A stretch of 64,000 nt of DNA, from assembly GCA_038062895.1 (NCBI GenBank), contig JBBTWJ010000003.1, forward strand, positions 114,448 through 178,447, read 5' to 3'. The notes under the pieces are model-generated. The model was given only the letters and a program-made list of their open reading frames with translations, was not told the origin of the DNA and made no database searches. The DNA comes from Patescibacteria group bacterium. Its GTDB lineage: Bacteria > Patescibacteriota > Microgenomatia > UBA10105 > UBA927. The position numbers and the translations under genes were made by a program. The first letter of the stretch is position 1. Every line of letters begins with the position of its first letter. Shown here one piece after another: positions 27,320 through 36,852 of the stretch.

Positions 27320-28485
27320 CCGATATGATTTTTTTCGTGCAAAAAGATTTTCCGGTAAAATAACAGTGGAATGAGTAATGCCAGATTTGTAATAATGAGT
27401 GCGGTGCGCGCGTCAAACCGGTCAGCCAAGACGCCAAGAGTGATAGAGGTTATACCAAATACGATGCCTCCGGCAAATGCATTGAGTGAGCTCATGGTAG
27501 CCCGCTCCTTTTGGGCAAATTCCTTTTGAAGGAGCGAATTCATAGCGACAGTTCCCGCGCCGAAAACAACTGACGTACTATTCATAAGAATTGGCGAGAC
27601 AACGGTGGGAAACAGTAACGCCGTCAAATTAACGATTCTATTGGAAATAATTTCAATATTAAGCACCCGCAATGGTTTAATCTTATCGATGAGCCTACCG
27701 CTGTAATAAAATCCCATCGCGGCCCCCACATTAGCAAGCGCGGACACGACACCAATCGCCCACAGCGGCCAAAGGGTGCTAAAAAACGCCGAACGCAAAA
27801 AATATCCCGATTCGCCAAGGCCGAACCGCAGCGCCGAAGCCACGGTTAACAGACGAAGTCTGTAGTTCTTTTTGAATTGTCCGAGCGCTTCACGAAGAAG
27901 TACCACCAAGCTTACGTGACGCCCGGAGGTCCGGGACGGTTCAACGATAAAACAAGCGATGACAAGCGCGCCGACTTGAGGGATGACGGATGCCCACATC
28001 ACCAGAGTATAGGACCAGGCCGCCATGAAGCCTCCCGTCGCTGCAGCAAGGGCGAGGGCAATTTGAAACATAGAGCTTGTTCTGCCTAAATACGTGTGGT
28101 ACTCATTTTCTTTTCCTATTTCCCTCAATGTGTCATGAAGCAATGCATCGTTATTGCCACTATAAAATGCCCGTGACAACCCTTGTAGAAGCGCGCCAGC
28201 CGCAAGCCACCAATACGAACCGCCGATAGCATAAAGTACCACACAAAGAACGGAACATGCCGCACCTAAAATCGTTGTCTTCTTTCTCCCGACCATATCC
28301 GAAACGATACCGGTAGGAATCTCAAAAATGGCCGAGGACACATAGGCCAACGAGAAAATACTCATCCCTAACGCAAACGAGCCGGTGACACGGGCAAAAT
28401 AAAGAATAGCAACCGGTGCAAAAAATATGAAGTCGGTGCAAAAATTATGCCACGATAAAAGTCTGATATTACGCGCAATGGGCAT
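27316..28485 (-). CDS. MFS transporter
   Basis: 12-TM hydropathy pattern and an MFS signature near GRKKT. Confidence 0.8.
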   Translation of the reverse strand: MPIARNIRLLSWHNFCTDFIFFAPVAILYFARVTGSFALGMSIFSLAYVSSAIFEIPTGIVSDMVGRKKTTILGAACSVLCVVLYAIGGSYWWLAAGALLQGLSRAFYSGNNDALLHDTLREIGKENEYHTYLGRTSSMFQIALALAAATGGFMAAWSYTLVMWASVIPQVGALVIACFIVEPSRTSGRHVSLVVLLREALGQFKKNYRLRLLTVASALRFGLGESGYFLRSAFFSTLWPLWAIGVVSALANVGAAMGFYYSGRLIDKIKPLRVLNIEIISNRIVNLTALLFPTVVSPILMNSTSVVFGAGTVAMNSLLQKEFAQKERATMSSLNAFAGGIVFGITSITLGVLADRFDARTALIITNLALLIPLLFYRKIFLHEKNHIG

Positions 28486-28508
28486 AGGGAGAGTATACCA
28501 TCGATCTG

Positions 28509-29342
28509 TTATTGGGGCGAAAAGGAGCGATCCTGCGGCGACTTGAGGTAATTTCCGGGTGTCGAAACGCGCTGACCGGACTTTTGTTCGAGCTCCCGCT
28601 TGGCGTTTCCGGCAATAGTTCCTCCTTGGCGGGCTGCCTGCTTATTTTTGGGGAAACCCTGCGAATTTTTTCCTCTGGTAATTCTGGTCGTTGATGCTTC
28701 GCCGAGCATGGTAAAAATAAGTTCCAAGTCGTCCATGTGATCGCGAAGATTTTCACGAGCGAGCCCTTTGAATTTTTTATATTCGGAAGGAGTCATGCCA
28801 AATGTGGCTTGAGATATCTCCGCGGTAAGAATAGCATACTCGCGGTCTCCACCAACGTCACGATGCTTCCATTCATCGGTGAGCTCCTCACGAATCGCGA
28901 TCCCGCGAATCCGCTTCTCAATCCAGCTGTCGGAATATCCTTTAGCTTTATAAAGTGCTCTCGTTCGTTTTGTCGCCAATTCCGGATCTTCAATTTCTTG
29001 TACCCGCTCATACCCTACGCGAGCAAGCCAACGCTTAAACGGTTCGGCTTTAGGGGAAGGAATAGATTGGATAATACGAAAGACGCCTTCCGTATTTGCA
29101 CAATCTGTTTCATATTTTTTACCGTCAGAAGCTTCTAATTTCAGTTGTCTACAAATTGTAGACAACTCAATTCCCTCACTTGCATGAACTCTGGTTTTCA
29201 TTGCATTCCAATATACACGGGGTTTATTACTATCCGTCAAAGCTTCTACTACATCTACAACAGAAAAATACCATTCATTCTGATAAATAATCTTTCGAAC
29301 TCTCTTGCCTTTAAAAATAGCAACCTTCGTCGATATGTCCAT
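28509..29342 (-). CDS. Bro-N domain / DinD-like (DNA-damage-inducible protein D family) protein
   Basis: N-terminal Bro-N-like block (IFKGKRVRKIIYQNEWYFSVVDVVEAL) and a C-terminal KilA-C-like region. Confidence 0.5.
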   Translation of the reverse strand: MDISTKVAIFKGKRVRKIIYQNEWYFSVVDVVEALTDSNKPRVYWNAMKTRVHASEGIELSTICRQLKLEASDGKKYETDCANTEGVFRIIQSIPSPKAEPFKRWLARVGYERVQEIEDPELATKRTRALYKAKGYSDSWIEKRIRGIAIREELTDEWKHRDVGGDREYAILTAEISQATFGMTPSEYKKFKGLARENLRDHMDDLELIFTMLGEASTTRITRGKNSQGFPKNKQAARQGGTIAGNAKRELEQKSGQRVSTPGNYLKSPQDRSFSPQ

Positions 29343-29426
29343 GCCATCGTTGTATCAGCTTTATGATCCTAACGCAAGGAAAAATAGCCCTTGCATATTA
29401 AGAGATAACAATGGTAATCTGGGCGT

Positions 29427-29957
29427 ATGGCAGATGCTCCCGAAATGTGTCCGAAGTGCGGTGCTCCCCTAGGGGACATCGTCGAAACAGCCTCCGGCAA
29501 AAAACTCCAACGGTGTACGAAGGGATCCTGGAATGCTCAAACCAAAAAGAATGAAGGGTGTGACTATGTAAAATGGCTCATGGTCGAACCAAAACCATTG
29601 GATGAAAAATGCCCCAAGTGCGGATCGCCGCTCGTCCTGCAGGTTACCCGTTTTGGTAAAAAAATGAAAAAATGTTCGATGGGCGGCTGGGATAAAGAAA
29701 CCAAAAAACCCACCGGATGTGATTACATAGAATGGATCAACGGTACCACGGAGCCACTCAAGGAAGCGTGTCCGGAATGCGGCAAACCTTTAGTGCTCTT
29801 CACCACAAGCGCCGGAAAGCGAATGATCAAATGCTCAACCGCAGGATGGGATAAAGCGGCACGCCAAGCGACCGGCTGCGCGTACGTGCAATGGCTCAAG
29901 CCCGGAGAAATGGTCAACAATGGTGAAGAAGGCCTCCCCCCCGATCCGGATCAATAA
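29427..29957 (+). CDS. protein made of three tandem C4 zinc-ribbon repeats (topoisomerase-type zinc-finger-like)
   Basis: Three ~55-aa units, each with CP(K/E)CG-x-PL ... C(T/S)xGxW ... GC(D/A)Y(V/I)xWL. Confidence 0.6.
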   Translation: MADAPEMCPKCGAPLGDIVETASGKKLQRCTKGSWNAQTKKNEGCDYVKWLMVEPKPLDEKCPKCGSPLVLQVTRFGKKMKKCSMGGWDKETKKPTGCDYIEWINGTTEPLKEACPECGKPLVLFTTSAGKRMIKCSTAGWDKAARQATGCAYVQWLKPGEMVNNGEEGLPPDPDQ

Positions 29958-30029
29958 AATAATTTCTTGCCATATAAAAAACTCACACTCTTGCGTTTAT
30001 AACGCAATCTATACTACTCTTAAATAGAG

Positions 30030-30764
30030 ATGACAAAAAGATCGCATAGAAAACCTGCAAAGAAAGCTGCTCATACGACGCGTCATAAAACAGTGCGGTA
30101 CCGCCTCACTCTCTACAGCCTGACCATGGCTATCGGTGCCCTCATATATATAGGAACCCCGATGGTGCTCAAGACGCCGCCCCCTTGTGCAAACTCAAAA
30201 AGCTGTACCAGTGACCTCGTGGAAAAAATTGAGAATGGCGCGGCAGGCGTATTTGAAGGTCGAAGCGTGGTCGTGCCGAACATTAACCTTGCCTTGGATA
30301 AGGCGCATCCAACCGTGCTTGGCACAGCTATTCCCTCCGGGGACAAGCATATTTATGTAGACCTTTCCACGCAAATTTTGTACGCGTATGAAGGAACGTC
30401 TAAAATCTTTCAAACATTTGTTGCAACAGGAAGATGGGGCAAAACCCCTACCGGGAACTTTAACATCTGGACGAAATTACGGTCGACCCGCATGTCCGGC
30501 GGGTCGGGAGCGGACTACTACAACCTACCCAATGTGCCTTTTGTGATGTATTTTTATGGGGACTTCGGTCTTCACGGCGCATATTGGCATGACAATTTTG
30601 GGTATACGATGAGTCACGGATGTGTGAACATGCGTCAGATTGATGCAGAAGTCATCTTTAACTGGTCTGACGGGCCAACGAAAGGACAACTTGGGACACC
30701 AGTGTCGACCTGTGATTCGTTTACTGAACCGAATATCTGTACGCAAGAAAATCCTGTGAAATAA
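30030..30764 (+). CDS. L,D-transpeptidase (YkuD domain) with an N-terminal anchor
   Basis: Catalytic SHGCVNM and the preceding conserved beta-sandwich region. Confidence 0.8.
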   Translation: MTKRSHRKPAKKAAHTTRHKTVRYRLTLYSLTMAIGALIYIGTPMVLKTPPPCANSKSCTSDLVEKIENGAAGVFEGRSVVVPNINLALDKAHPTVLGTAIPSGDKHIYVDLSTQILYAYEGTSKIFQTFVATGRWGKTPTGNFNIWTKLRSTRMSGGSGADYYNLPNVPFVMYFYGDFGLHGAYWHDNFGYTMSHGCVNMRQIDAEVIFNWSDGPTKGQLGTPVSTCDSFTEPNICTQENPVK

Positions 30765-30770
30765 CATGCT

Positions 30771-31421
30771 ATGACGATAACGAAAAAAATGCGTATCGAA
30801 ATCTTTATTTGTATTTGCGCTCTCATCGCAGTGAGCGGCTATTCCGTGTTGCGCGTCAAATATTCAAATTCCGGACACCTTTCCAGAGTTATAATAGCCG
30901 GAGAGACTCTTCGTACAACACTTCCCGTCGTCACGAATCCAATTGTAAAGGTAGATACGGCATCACAACCTACTCCGGACGGCAAGAAAAAATTACTGAT
31001 GGAGGCAACGCATAAAAAAGATACTTCCACGTACGTATTTACGACAAGCGATGGGTCAGGCGGAAACATAGAGCCTTTGTTTACCACGACGGTTCAGGCA
31101 TCTGCCTCGGCTACAGAAGGCCTGAATATACCATTTAATACCTGGTCTCCGGATAATAAATATTTGTTCATTCAAACAAATGACGGGGATGCCTGGGTAT
31201 TTAATGCGACAGGAGAAGAAATAGTCACTGGTCAGCGCTATTTTGATGTACGAGATTTATTTAATGCCGCCGGGAAAAAGGATACCTATAAGGTAACCAC
31301 GGGATGGGCTTCTGAAACTCTCCTCATCGTCAACACGCTTGCTCCGGACAAAACAAAAGGAAGCTCCTACTGGTTCGAGGTTCCCTCAAAAGCTATCATC
31401 CAACTCTCTTCACAGTTCTAA
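30771..31421 (+). CDS. hypothetical secreted/membrane-anchored protein
   Basis: Signal/anchor-like N-terminus; no recognisable domain. Confidence 0.45.
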   Translation: MTITKKMRIEIFICICALIAVSGYSVLRVKYSNSGHLSRVIIAGETLRTTLPVVTNPIVKVDTASQPTPDGKKKLLMEATHKKDTSTYVFTTSDGSGGNIEPLFTTTVQASASATEGLNIPFNTWSPDNKYLFIQTNDGDAWVFNATGEEIVTGQRYFDVRDLFNAAGKKDTYKVTTGWASETLLIVNTLAPDKTKGSSYWFEVPSKAIIQLSSQF

Positions 31422-31494
31422 AACCTAAAAAAATCATTATGGCTTTCTTACCGATAGAATTTCAGGTGCGTCGGGAATATAATTGCACTAGACC

Positions 31495-32370
31495 ATGATA
31501 GGAATCATATTTGCACTGCTTTGCGCTATATTTATAGGATTTTCCCAGATATCTCTTCGCAAAAGTTATAAGAAATTTCCTCCTTCTATCGCTTTTTTGT
31601 TTGACTCAATTTTTGGTTTATTGATTTGGGTTCCACTTGCCTTCTTTATGGGAATCTCTGGAACCGTAAACTGGGGACGTGCGATATTTTTTGCGATTGT
31701 TTCAGCCATCCTTTCTGAAGCCATTGTTTTTTACGCCTTATCACACGGAACATTGACTGTTACCGCTACAGTACTCGCAACATATCCAGTTTATACAGTT
31801 ATCTTTTCAAGACTGTTTAATAATGAAGTCCTCTCTGTTCAGATAACACTCTTTGTGATTCTAGCGATCTTGGGAAGCATAATCGCCAGCTTACCTGACA
31901 AAATCAAAACATCTGAAATAAAATTAAGCAAAGGAATCATGTGGCCATTCATCGCAGCCGTCTGCATTGGACTTTCAGATACTATTTCAAAGGGTTATAT
32001 TAATAGGTCGGGAAACTTTAGTTTCTTATTTTCACTAGGGTTTGTCCAGATTCCCATAGCGTTGGCTTACTTAAAAATTGAGAAACAATCCCTAATCAAA
32101 TCAATTGAAGGTGTCACAAAACGACTAAAGGAATATAAATTCGCATTACTAGGTGGTTTGTTCAATATTGTTGGAACTGGATTTCTGTGGTTAAGTTTTT
32201 CCTACGCTCCGGCTTCAATAGTCTCACCCATAACGGGGACTAGCGGGGCATTAACTGTAATCCTATCAAGACTCTTACTGAAAGAGAAAATCACGAAAAT
32301 AAAATATTTGGGAATTATATTTGCTTTTATTGGAATAATAGGGATAACCGTTTTGCGGACAAATTATTAG
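31495..32370 (+). CDS. DMT/EamA-family transporter
   Basis: Ten-TM pattern with duplicated EamA halves. Confidence 0.75.
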   Translation: MIGIIFALLCAIFIGFSQISLRKSYKKFPPSIAFLFDSIFGLLIWVPLAFFMGISGTVNWGRAIFFAIVSAILSEAIVFYALSHGTLTVTATVLATYPVYTVIFSRLFNNEVLSVQITLFVILAILGSIIASLPDKIKTSEIKLSKGIMWPFIAAVCIGLSDTISKGYINRSGNFSFLFSLGFVQIPIALAYLKIEKQSLIKSIEGVTKRLKEYKFALLGGLFNIVGTGFLWLSFSYAPASIVSPITGTSGALTVILSRLLLKEKITKIKYLGIIFAFIGIIGITVLRTNY

Positions 32371-32391
32371 AGACTCCGTCAATGGAACTGA

Positions 32392-33063
32392 CTAGTCTTC
32401 TATCACTCGACCGCCGAGGTCAGCAAAATCAGATTGCAGGGGCTTAGCATATATTATAGATCCTTTTCCATGAAAAATCTCAATAGTCCGCCCCAGGATC
32501 GCTGCCAATCTCATAGAGCCTGATCCGTTGGCCTCATCCTCCGGTATACCCCAATCCGGTGCAAATGTTCGTGCTCGGATGAGTCCCCTATGTTCATCTA
32601 TCCATGCCCAAATCAATGAGTGTTTAATGGTTTTAGTTTCTGATTCACTAAGACGCTCAACTTCGATCGGATTTTTCCGTTGTACATATTTCCAAGCCGG
32701 CAGCGTTGTTAGAGCCGCGCGGATCCATGTTTTGCCATCATCCATCCACGTTTTAATTGTACCTCCTTCACAAACAAGGGAATCAATTGGTTTATCGCCC
32801 GTTTTGTTCATGAACCACGCTGCGCCGACCATCGCATGACCCGCAAAGGGAACTTCGCTCCTAGGATTAAAGATGCTCACGCTACCGACGCTTACGTCAT
32901 TAATAAATACAGATTCACTGTAACCAAGATCCGTGGCGATCCGTTGACGATCATTTAAAACGATTTTCTTCCCTTCATCTTGTATGATTCCAACGGAATT
33001 GCCAAATTTTCCAACTTGGTTCACAAATACACGGAGGGTATGTATATTTAGGTGATTAGCCAT
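32392..33063 (-). CDS. PhzF-family isomerase-like protein (short)
   Basis: N-terminal LRVFVNQVGKFGNSVGII and C-terminal EANGSGSMRLAAIL blocks typical of PhzF. Confidence 0.65.
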   Translation of the reverse strand: MANHLNIHTLRVFVNQVGKFGNSVGIIQDEGKKIVLNDRQRIATDLGYSESVFINDVSVGSVSIFNPRSEVPFAGHAMVGAAWFMNKTGDKPIDSLVCEGGTIKTWMDDGKTWIRAALTTLPAWKYVQRKNPIEVERLSESETKTIKHSLIWAWIDEHRGLIRARTFAPDWGIPEDEANGSGSMRLAAILGRTIEIFHGKGSIIYAKPLQSDFADLGGRVIED

Positions 33064-33139
33064 ACTTAGTTATTATCTTGCGAATCTCATTGGTCTCGAA
33101 CCATTTAATCCGATAATTGCTACTCGAACAAGTTTGAGC

Positions 33140-33964
33140 TCATTTCAACTTACCTTCTATAACTTTTTTAAATAACCAGTCTATAAATCCTAAGTCTTCA
33201 AATATGTAATCAGCCATTAAAAATGGTTGAGCTACTCGCTCACCTGAGTGTGCCCTAAAGGGATGAATAATATTATTACGTATGCCATCACGCATTTCCT
33301 CCTCATAGTCCGTAAAATCAATTCCAGGATTATCTTTTTTAAGATATTCTCCTATTAAATCTATGACTTTATTTCTAGCATCTTTTCCTGAAAAACCATT
33401 TTTGAATTTTAAATGCTCAACTATAGCCTCATAAGCAATAAATGTATTATTGTAAGTTTCCTCTGCAAACAAGGAACTTGTATTTAATAAAATATAAGCC
33501 TTATAGAGGCACGCGCCAGCACGAACAAATAAATTATTTTTGTAGTCAAATTTCGTAACCAATTTTTTAACGTCATCTTCATCTATATCACGCTTATAGA
33601 AATGATATCCTCCATCGTTTGTATATTCGCAATATTTGTAGACTAATTGCATGCAGTCATCACGTGTAGGAAATTTATCCACCTTTTTTGTTTTATAGAA
33701 TGGTCCAAATCTTCGTACAACTGGTGTTAGTGCTCCCTCAACTAAATGCTCGCTTTCTAACTGAGCATGTCTCAATGCAGTAATAAATGGTATTTCTGAT
33801 CGAGTTACCCACGACATTTCTTGTTCAAGCCAATCGTCACTCTTTTTGATTTCAGTAATAATACCAGCACTATGAAATTGAGCCAGATAATAACAGTTTT
33901 TGACTTTAAAGATTCCTTCCAAGTGTGAATGTTTATTACTAAGTGGGGTAATTTTAATTAACAT
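33140..33964 (-). CDS. hypothetical protein in an AT-rich islet
   Basis: ORF with no recognisable motif; much lower GC than the flanks. Confidence 0.45.
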   Translation of the reverse strand: MLIKITPLSNKHSHLEGIFKVKNCYYLAQFHSAGIITEIKKSDDWLEQEMSWVTRSEIPFITALRHAQLESEHLVEGALTPVVRRFGPFYKTKKVDKFPTRDDCMQLVYKYCEYTNDGGYHFYKRDIDEDDVKKLVTKFDYKNNLFVRAGACLYKAYILLNTSSLFAEETYNNTFIAYEAIVEHLKFKNGFSGKDARNKVIDLIGEYLKKDNPGIDFTDYEEEMRDGIRNNIIHPFRAHSGERVAQPFLMADYIFEDLGFIDWLFKKVIEGKLK

Positions 33965-34092
33965 ATTTTAGACCTCGATCATGAAAGTCTAGTTACATGT
34001 CTGCCAATCTTATCTGAGTGGGCCAGTCAAGGCCCGTTTAGTCATTAAAGAATAAGAACGGGAAACCCAAACCTCGAATCATTTAACGGTAG

Positions 34093-34824
34093 CTATACTA
34101 TTCGTTTCCAACGCTTAAACGCTTTAACATCAGAAGAGTTTAATTTAAACCACTCACCTTTAATACATTTAGAAGAAAATCTTTTGTGCCAATAATCTTC
34201 TATGTGTACCATGTCATCTGTTTTTATTGTGTGTATGTAATCGAAATATTCTATCTGGTTTAAATTATGATCATTACGCCGTTGGTCTAAATTTTTGGCT
34301 CTACCAATTCTATAATGTTTGCCTCGTTTACCTAAATACACAAATCCGCTCTCTATCTTGTCATCCTCAGAAGTTTCATTTTCATTTTCATATTTTCCCA
34401 AAATTGAATTGCAAATATTTACTATATCATTGTACCCTCGTCGGCCTTCAACATATTCGAGAATTGTTAATGGCAAACCATCCTTAGTCTGACCAAGTCG
34501 ATTATAAAAAGTTGCTGAGGCGGGGAATCTAGAATTTTGACGGCGTTTAAAATCTAACTCATCTCTACTTGGCCATTTCCCTATTTCACGAATTAATTTG
34601 ATAAATTCGTCACATAAATCTTTCTTAGAGTATTTTGTTTTATCAAAATCTTGGGGAGTTAATCCGGCCTCACGCTGAATATCGGTAATTTTTGTCCAAT
34701 AGGTAATCCAATCCCATTTTGGTATTCTCAATTCTTCTCTTATTATTTTTTCACTTGGAGTACGTCCACCATTCTCCTTAGCCCATTTTCGGATTTCCTT
34801 TAAAATATCTTCTTTTGTCAACAT
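34093..34824 (-). CDS. N-terminal repeat plus C-terminal T5orf172 (GIY-YIG-like) domain protein
   Basis: Two N-terminal repeats (LKEIRKWAKENGGRTPS / FIKLIREIGKWPSRDEL) reminiscent of homing-endonuclease-associated repeats; C-terminus GFVYLGKRGKHYRIGRAKNL...GEWFKL matches the T5orf172 pattern. Confidence 0.5.
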   Translation of the reverse strand: MLTKEDILKEIRKWAKENGGRTPSEKIIREELRIPKWDWITYWTKITDIQREAGLTPQDFDKTKYSKKDLCDEFIKLIREIGKWPSRDELDFKRRQNSRFPASATFYNRLGQTKDGLPLTILEYVEGRRGYNDIVNICNSILGKYENENETSEDDKIESGFVYLGKRGKHYRIGRAKNLDQRRNDHNLNQIEYFDYIHTIKTDDMVHIEDYWHKRFSSKCIKGEWFKLNSSDVKAFKRWKRIV

Positions 34825-34916
34825 ATTTTTAATACATACGTCTAATTATAATTTAAAGCGTCCAATCGTGCTGCAGTGCTAGTGCCCTTTCGAGTATTTT
34901 CGAATCGATTATAGTC

Positions 34917-35189
34917 TTAAGCGTTCTTGAGCGCTATTTTATCATCATTTATCAACAATTCTTTCTTAATCCGTGACCACGTCTTTAATTGAGCCTCTCG
35001 TTTCATTGCTTCTGCCCGGGATATAAAACTTTCCTGATAAACAAGCTCAAAGGAATTGAAGAAACGTACATATTTAGCTGATTTACTTCCTTTAGTGCGA
35101 TGCTCTTCCAATCGTCGGATGAGATTGTTCGTTTGACCAGTATAAAAGGTATTCGAAGAGGTAAGGAGAATATAGACGGAATAAGACAT
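34917..35189 (-). CDS. small GIY-YIG nuclease-family protein (YhbQ/UPF0213-like)
   Basis: VYILLTSSNTFYTGQTNNLIRRLEEH GIY-YIG core. Confidence 0.75.
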   Translation of the reverse strand: MSYSVYILLTSSNTFYTGQTNNLIRRLEEHRTKGSKSAKYVRFFNSFELVYQESFISRAEAMKREAQLKTWSRIKKELLINDDKIALKNA

Positions 35190-35300
35190 ATCAGTTCATC
35201 CCTCGACTCTGGTTCGACTTCGCTCACCATTCGCTCGAGAAGTGCGACATTGATATTTCTGCCCCTCGATTACACTCGGGGTCTTCGCTTCGCTTCGAGC

Positions 35301-35369
35301 TGGGAGACCTGGATTCGAACCAAGATAAACGGATTCAGAGTCCGTTGTCCGACCATTAGACGATCTCCC
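35301..35369 (-). tRNA. tRNA-Gln (anticodon CTG), slightly short D-arm
   Basis: Minus strand GGGAGAT...ACGGA-CTCTGAA-TCCGT...CTTGGTTCGAATCCAGG-TCTCCCA; the T-arm is identical to E. coli tRNA-Gln. Confidence 0.6.
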
Positions 35370-35421
35370 AAAATTTAATCTACGAACCTACAAATGAAAA
35401 ATCTACAAATAACATACAAAT

Positions 35422-36282
35422 TCACTCCGGTAGGGTGATTATACCAGCTTTTGAGCGGGTGATTAAGCCGTCGGCCTCCAAACCCTGAAGGATGGATTGT
35501 AAAAAAGAGGCGGGTTTCGCGTATTTCTTTTTAAACTCTTTGATAAGGTTGCTTTCCTTTGCTTCCCCTTCCCGCAGGCGGTCAATAATGCGGCCGCGGT
35601 AAAATCGATTGGAGTCACGGAAAGGAATGGAAGTCCTTCGACTCACTTTGGTCAAAGACCCTGAGCGAGCGCGGACGAGTCGAAGGGCTCCGTAGTCCAT
35701 GAGGGCCTGGTGCCATTCCCAGGATTTACCGGGGGGTATCAGTTGACGGGCAATATCTTCAATTTCCTTTTCCAAGGCCCGGCCCTGCCTCGCCGGCAGG
35801 CGGGCTTGTGCCTGTTTGGGAAAAAAGAAGTGAGTGATGATCTGACGGATGTTTGTATCGACGAGCGGGACTTCCTTCTCGTAAGCGAATACTAATAGTG
35901 CTCGAGCAGTGTATGTACCCAGGCCAGGAAGCTTATTTAATAGTTCACAGTTCATAGGAAAATGACCGTTATATTGATCACAAATAATTTTTGCAGTCCT
36001 GTGGAGATACAATGCGCGGCGGTTATACCCCATCCCCTTCCAGACGCGAAGGACATCAGCGGGAGTAGCTTGAGCAAGATCACAAACCGTCGGAAATCGT
36101 TCGATAAACTCCGCATACTTTGGGAGGACCCGAAGTACTTGCGTCTGCTGGAGCATGACTTCTGACACCATGATCCGGTAGGGATCGCGCGTCCGGCGCC
36201 ATGGGAGGTCACGGCGGTGCGTTTTCCACCACAAAAAAATCTTTTGATGGAAAGAGATAATTTGTTTTTTGGATAGCTTCAT
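35422..36282 (-). CDS. HhH-GPD family DNA glycosylase (MutY/Nth-like, no FeS cysteines) with a C-terminal extension
   Basis: LPWRRTRDPYRIMVSEVMLQQTQV and the helix-hairpin-helix LPGLGTYTARALL. Confidence 0.75.
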   Translation of the reverse strand: MKLSKKQIISFHQKIFLWWKTHRRDLPWRRTRDPYRIMVSEVMLQQTQVLRVLPKYAEFIERFPTVCDLAQATPADVLRVWKGMGYNRRALYLHRTAKIICDQYNGHFPMNCELLNKLPGLGTYTARALLVFAYEKEVPLVDTNIRQIITHFFFPKQAQARLPARQGRALEKEIEDIARQLIPPGKSWEWHQALMDYGALRLVRARSGSLTKVSRRTSIPFRDSNRFYRGRIIDRLREGEAKESNLIKEFKKKYAKPASFLQSILQGLEADGLITRSKAGIITLPE

Positions 36283-36321
36283 GATGCGTCGTTATTATAC
36301 TCTGGATTCCAACGCTCGAGG

Positions 36322-36446
36322 GAATAACAAACGTGAATATACGGGAATGTACGGGAAATTAAAAAAATTAAAGAGATATTAGGAGTACTTACGAGAAATT
36401 AAGAGAAATTAGGAGAGGATTAAGGATTAAGGATAACAGATAACAA
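36322..36446. repeat. purine-rich degenerate direct-repeat patch (ACGGGAAWWTACGGGAA / GAGAAATTAAGAGAAATTAGGAGAGGATTAAGGATTAAGGATAAC)
   Basis: Longest member of a strand-biased intergenic family also seen at 41531, 44988, 48259, 61420, 62230 and 63200. Confidence 0.45.
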
Positions 36447-36448
36447 AA

Positions 36449-36847
36449 CTAAAGGCTTTGAAGATCGGCCGTAAACTCTGAAGAATTGCCGGACTCAAGG
36501 GTCGTGCCGGAAAGGTCCTTCTCGATATCCGCAACCGTATCTGATGCAGTGAGTGTGGGCGTAGACGTCGGTATGGACGCATCAAACCCCTGGTTGGGTT
36601 TGTTCTCCAAATTGACAAGACTTGGTGGCGTTTTAGCGACAGTTTCCACCGGTTTCTGCGCCCCGGCATAGAAAAAATACGCGCCTCCACCAACGATGAC
36701 GACGCCAAGAACCACGGCAAGCCATAACAATCCTGATACTTTTTTAGGCGGATTCGGCGGCACCACAACGCTATCTGATCCCATCATCGATGACACATCC
36801 GAAGGAACGGGTTCTAAAGGTATGGTTGGTGGTACTTGTTCTGCCAT
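36449..36847 (-). CDS. hypothetical single-TM protein
   Basis: ORF with a central hydrophobic helix; overlapping alternative-frame ORFs not called. Confidence 0.4.
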   Translation of the reverse strand: MAEQVPPTIPLEPVPSDVSSMMGSDSVVVPPNPPKKVSGLLWLAVVLGVVIVGGGAYFFYAGAQKPVETVAKTPPSLVNLENKPNQGFDASIPTSTPTLTASDTVADIEKDLSGTTLESGNSSEFTADLQSL

Positions 36848-36852
36848 AATTA

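Noticed and set aside
35200-35300. Possible second tRNA between the GIY-YIG gene and tRNA-Gln
   Set aside because: A GTCGAACC-like segment is present, but no cloverleaf with acceptor and anticodon stems can be drawn.
36300-36450. CRISPR array hypothesis for the purine-rich repeat patches and for the 53583/53714 43-nt direct repeats
   Set aside because: Units are 7-17 nt, degenerate and irregularly spaced in the patches, and there are only two copies at 53583/53714. There are no cas genes and no spacer-like unique segments of uniform length.
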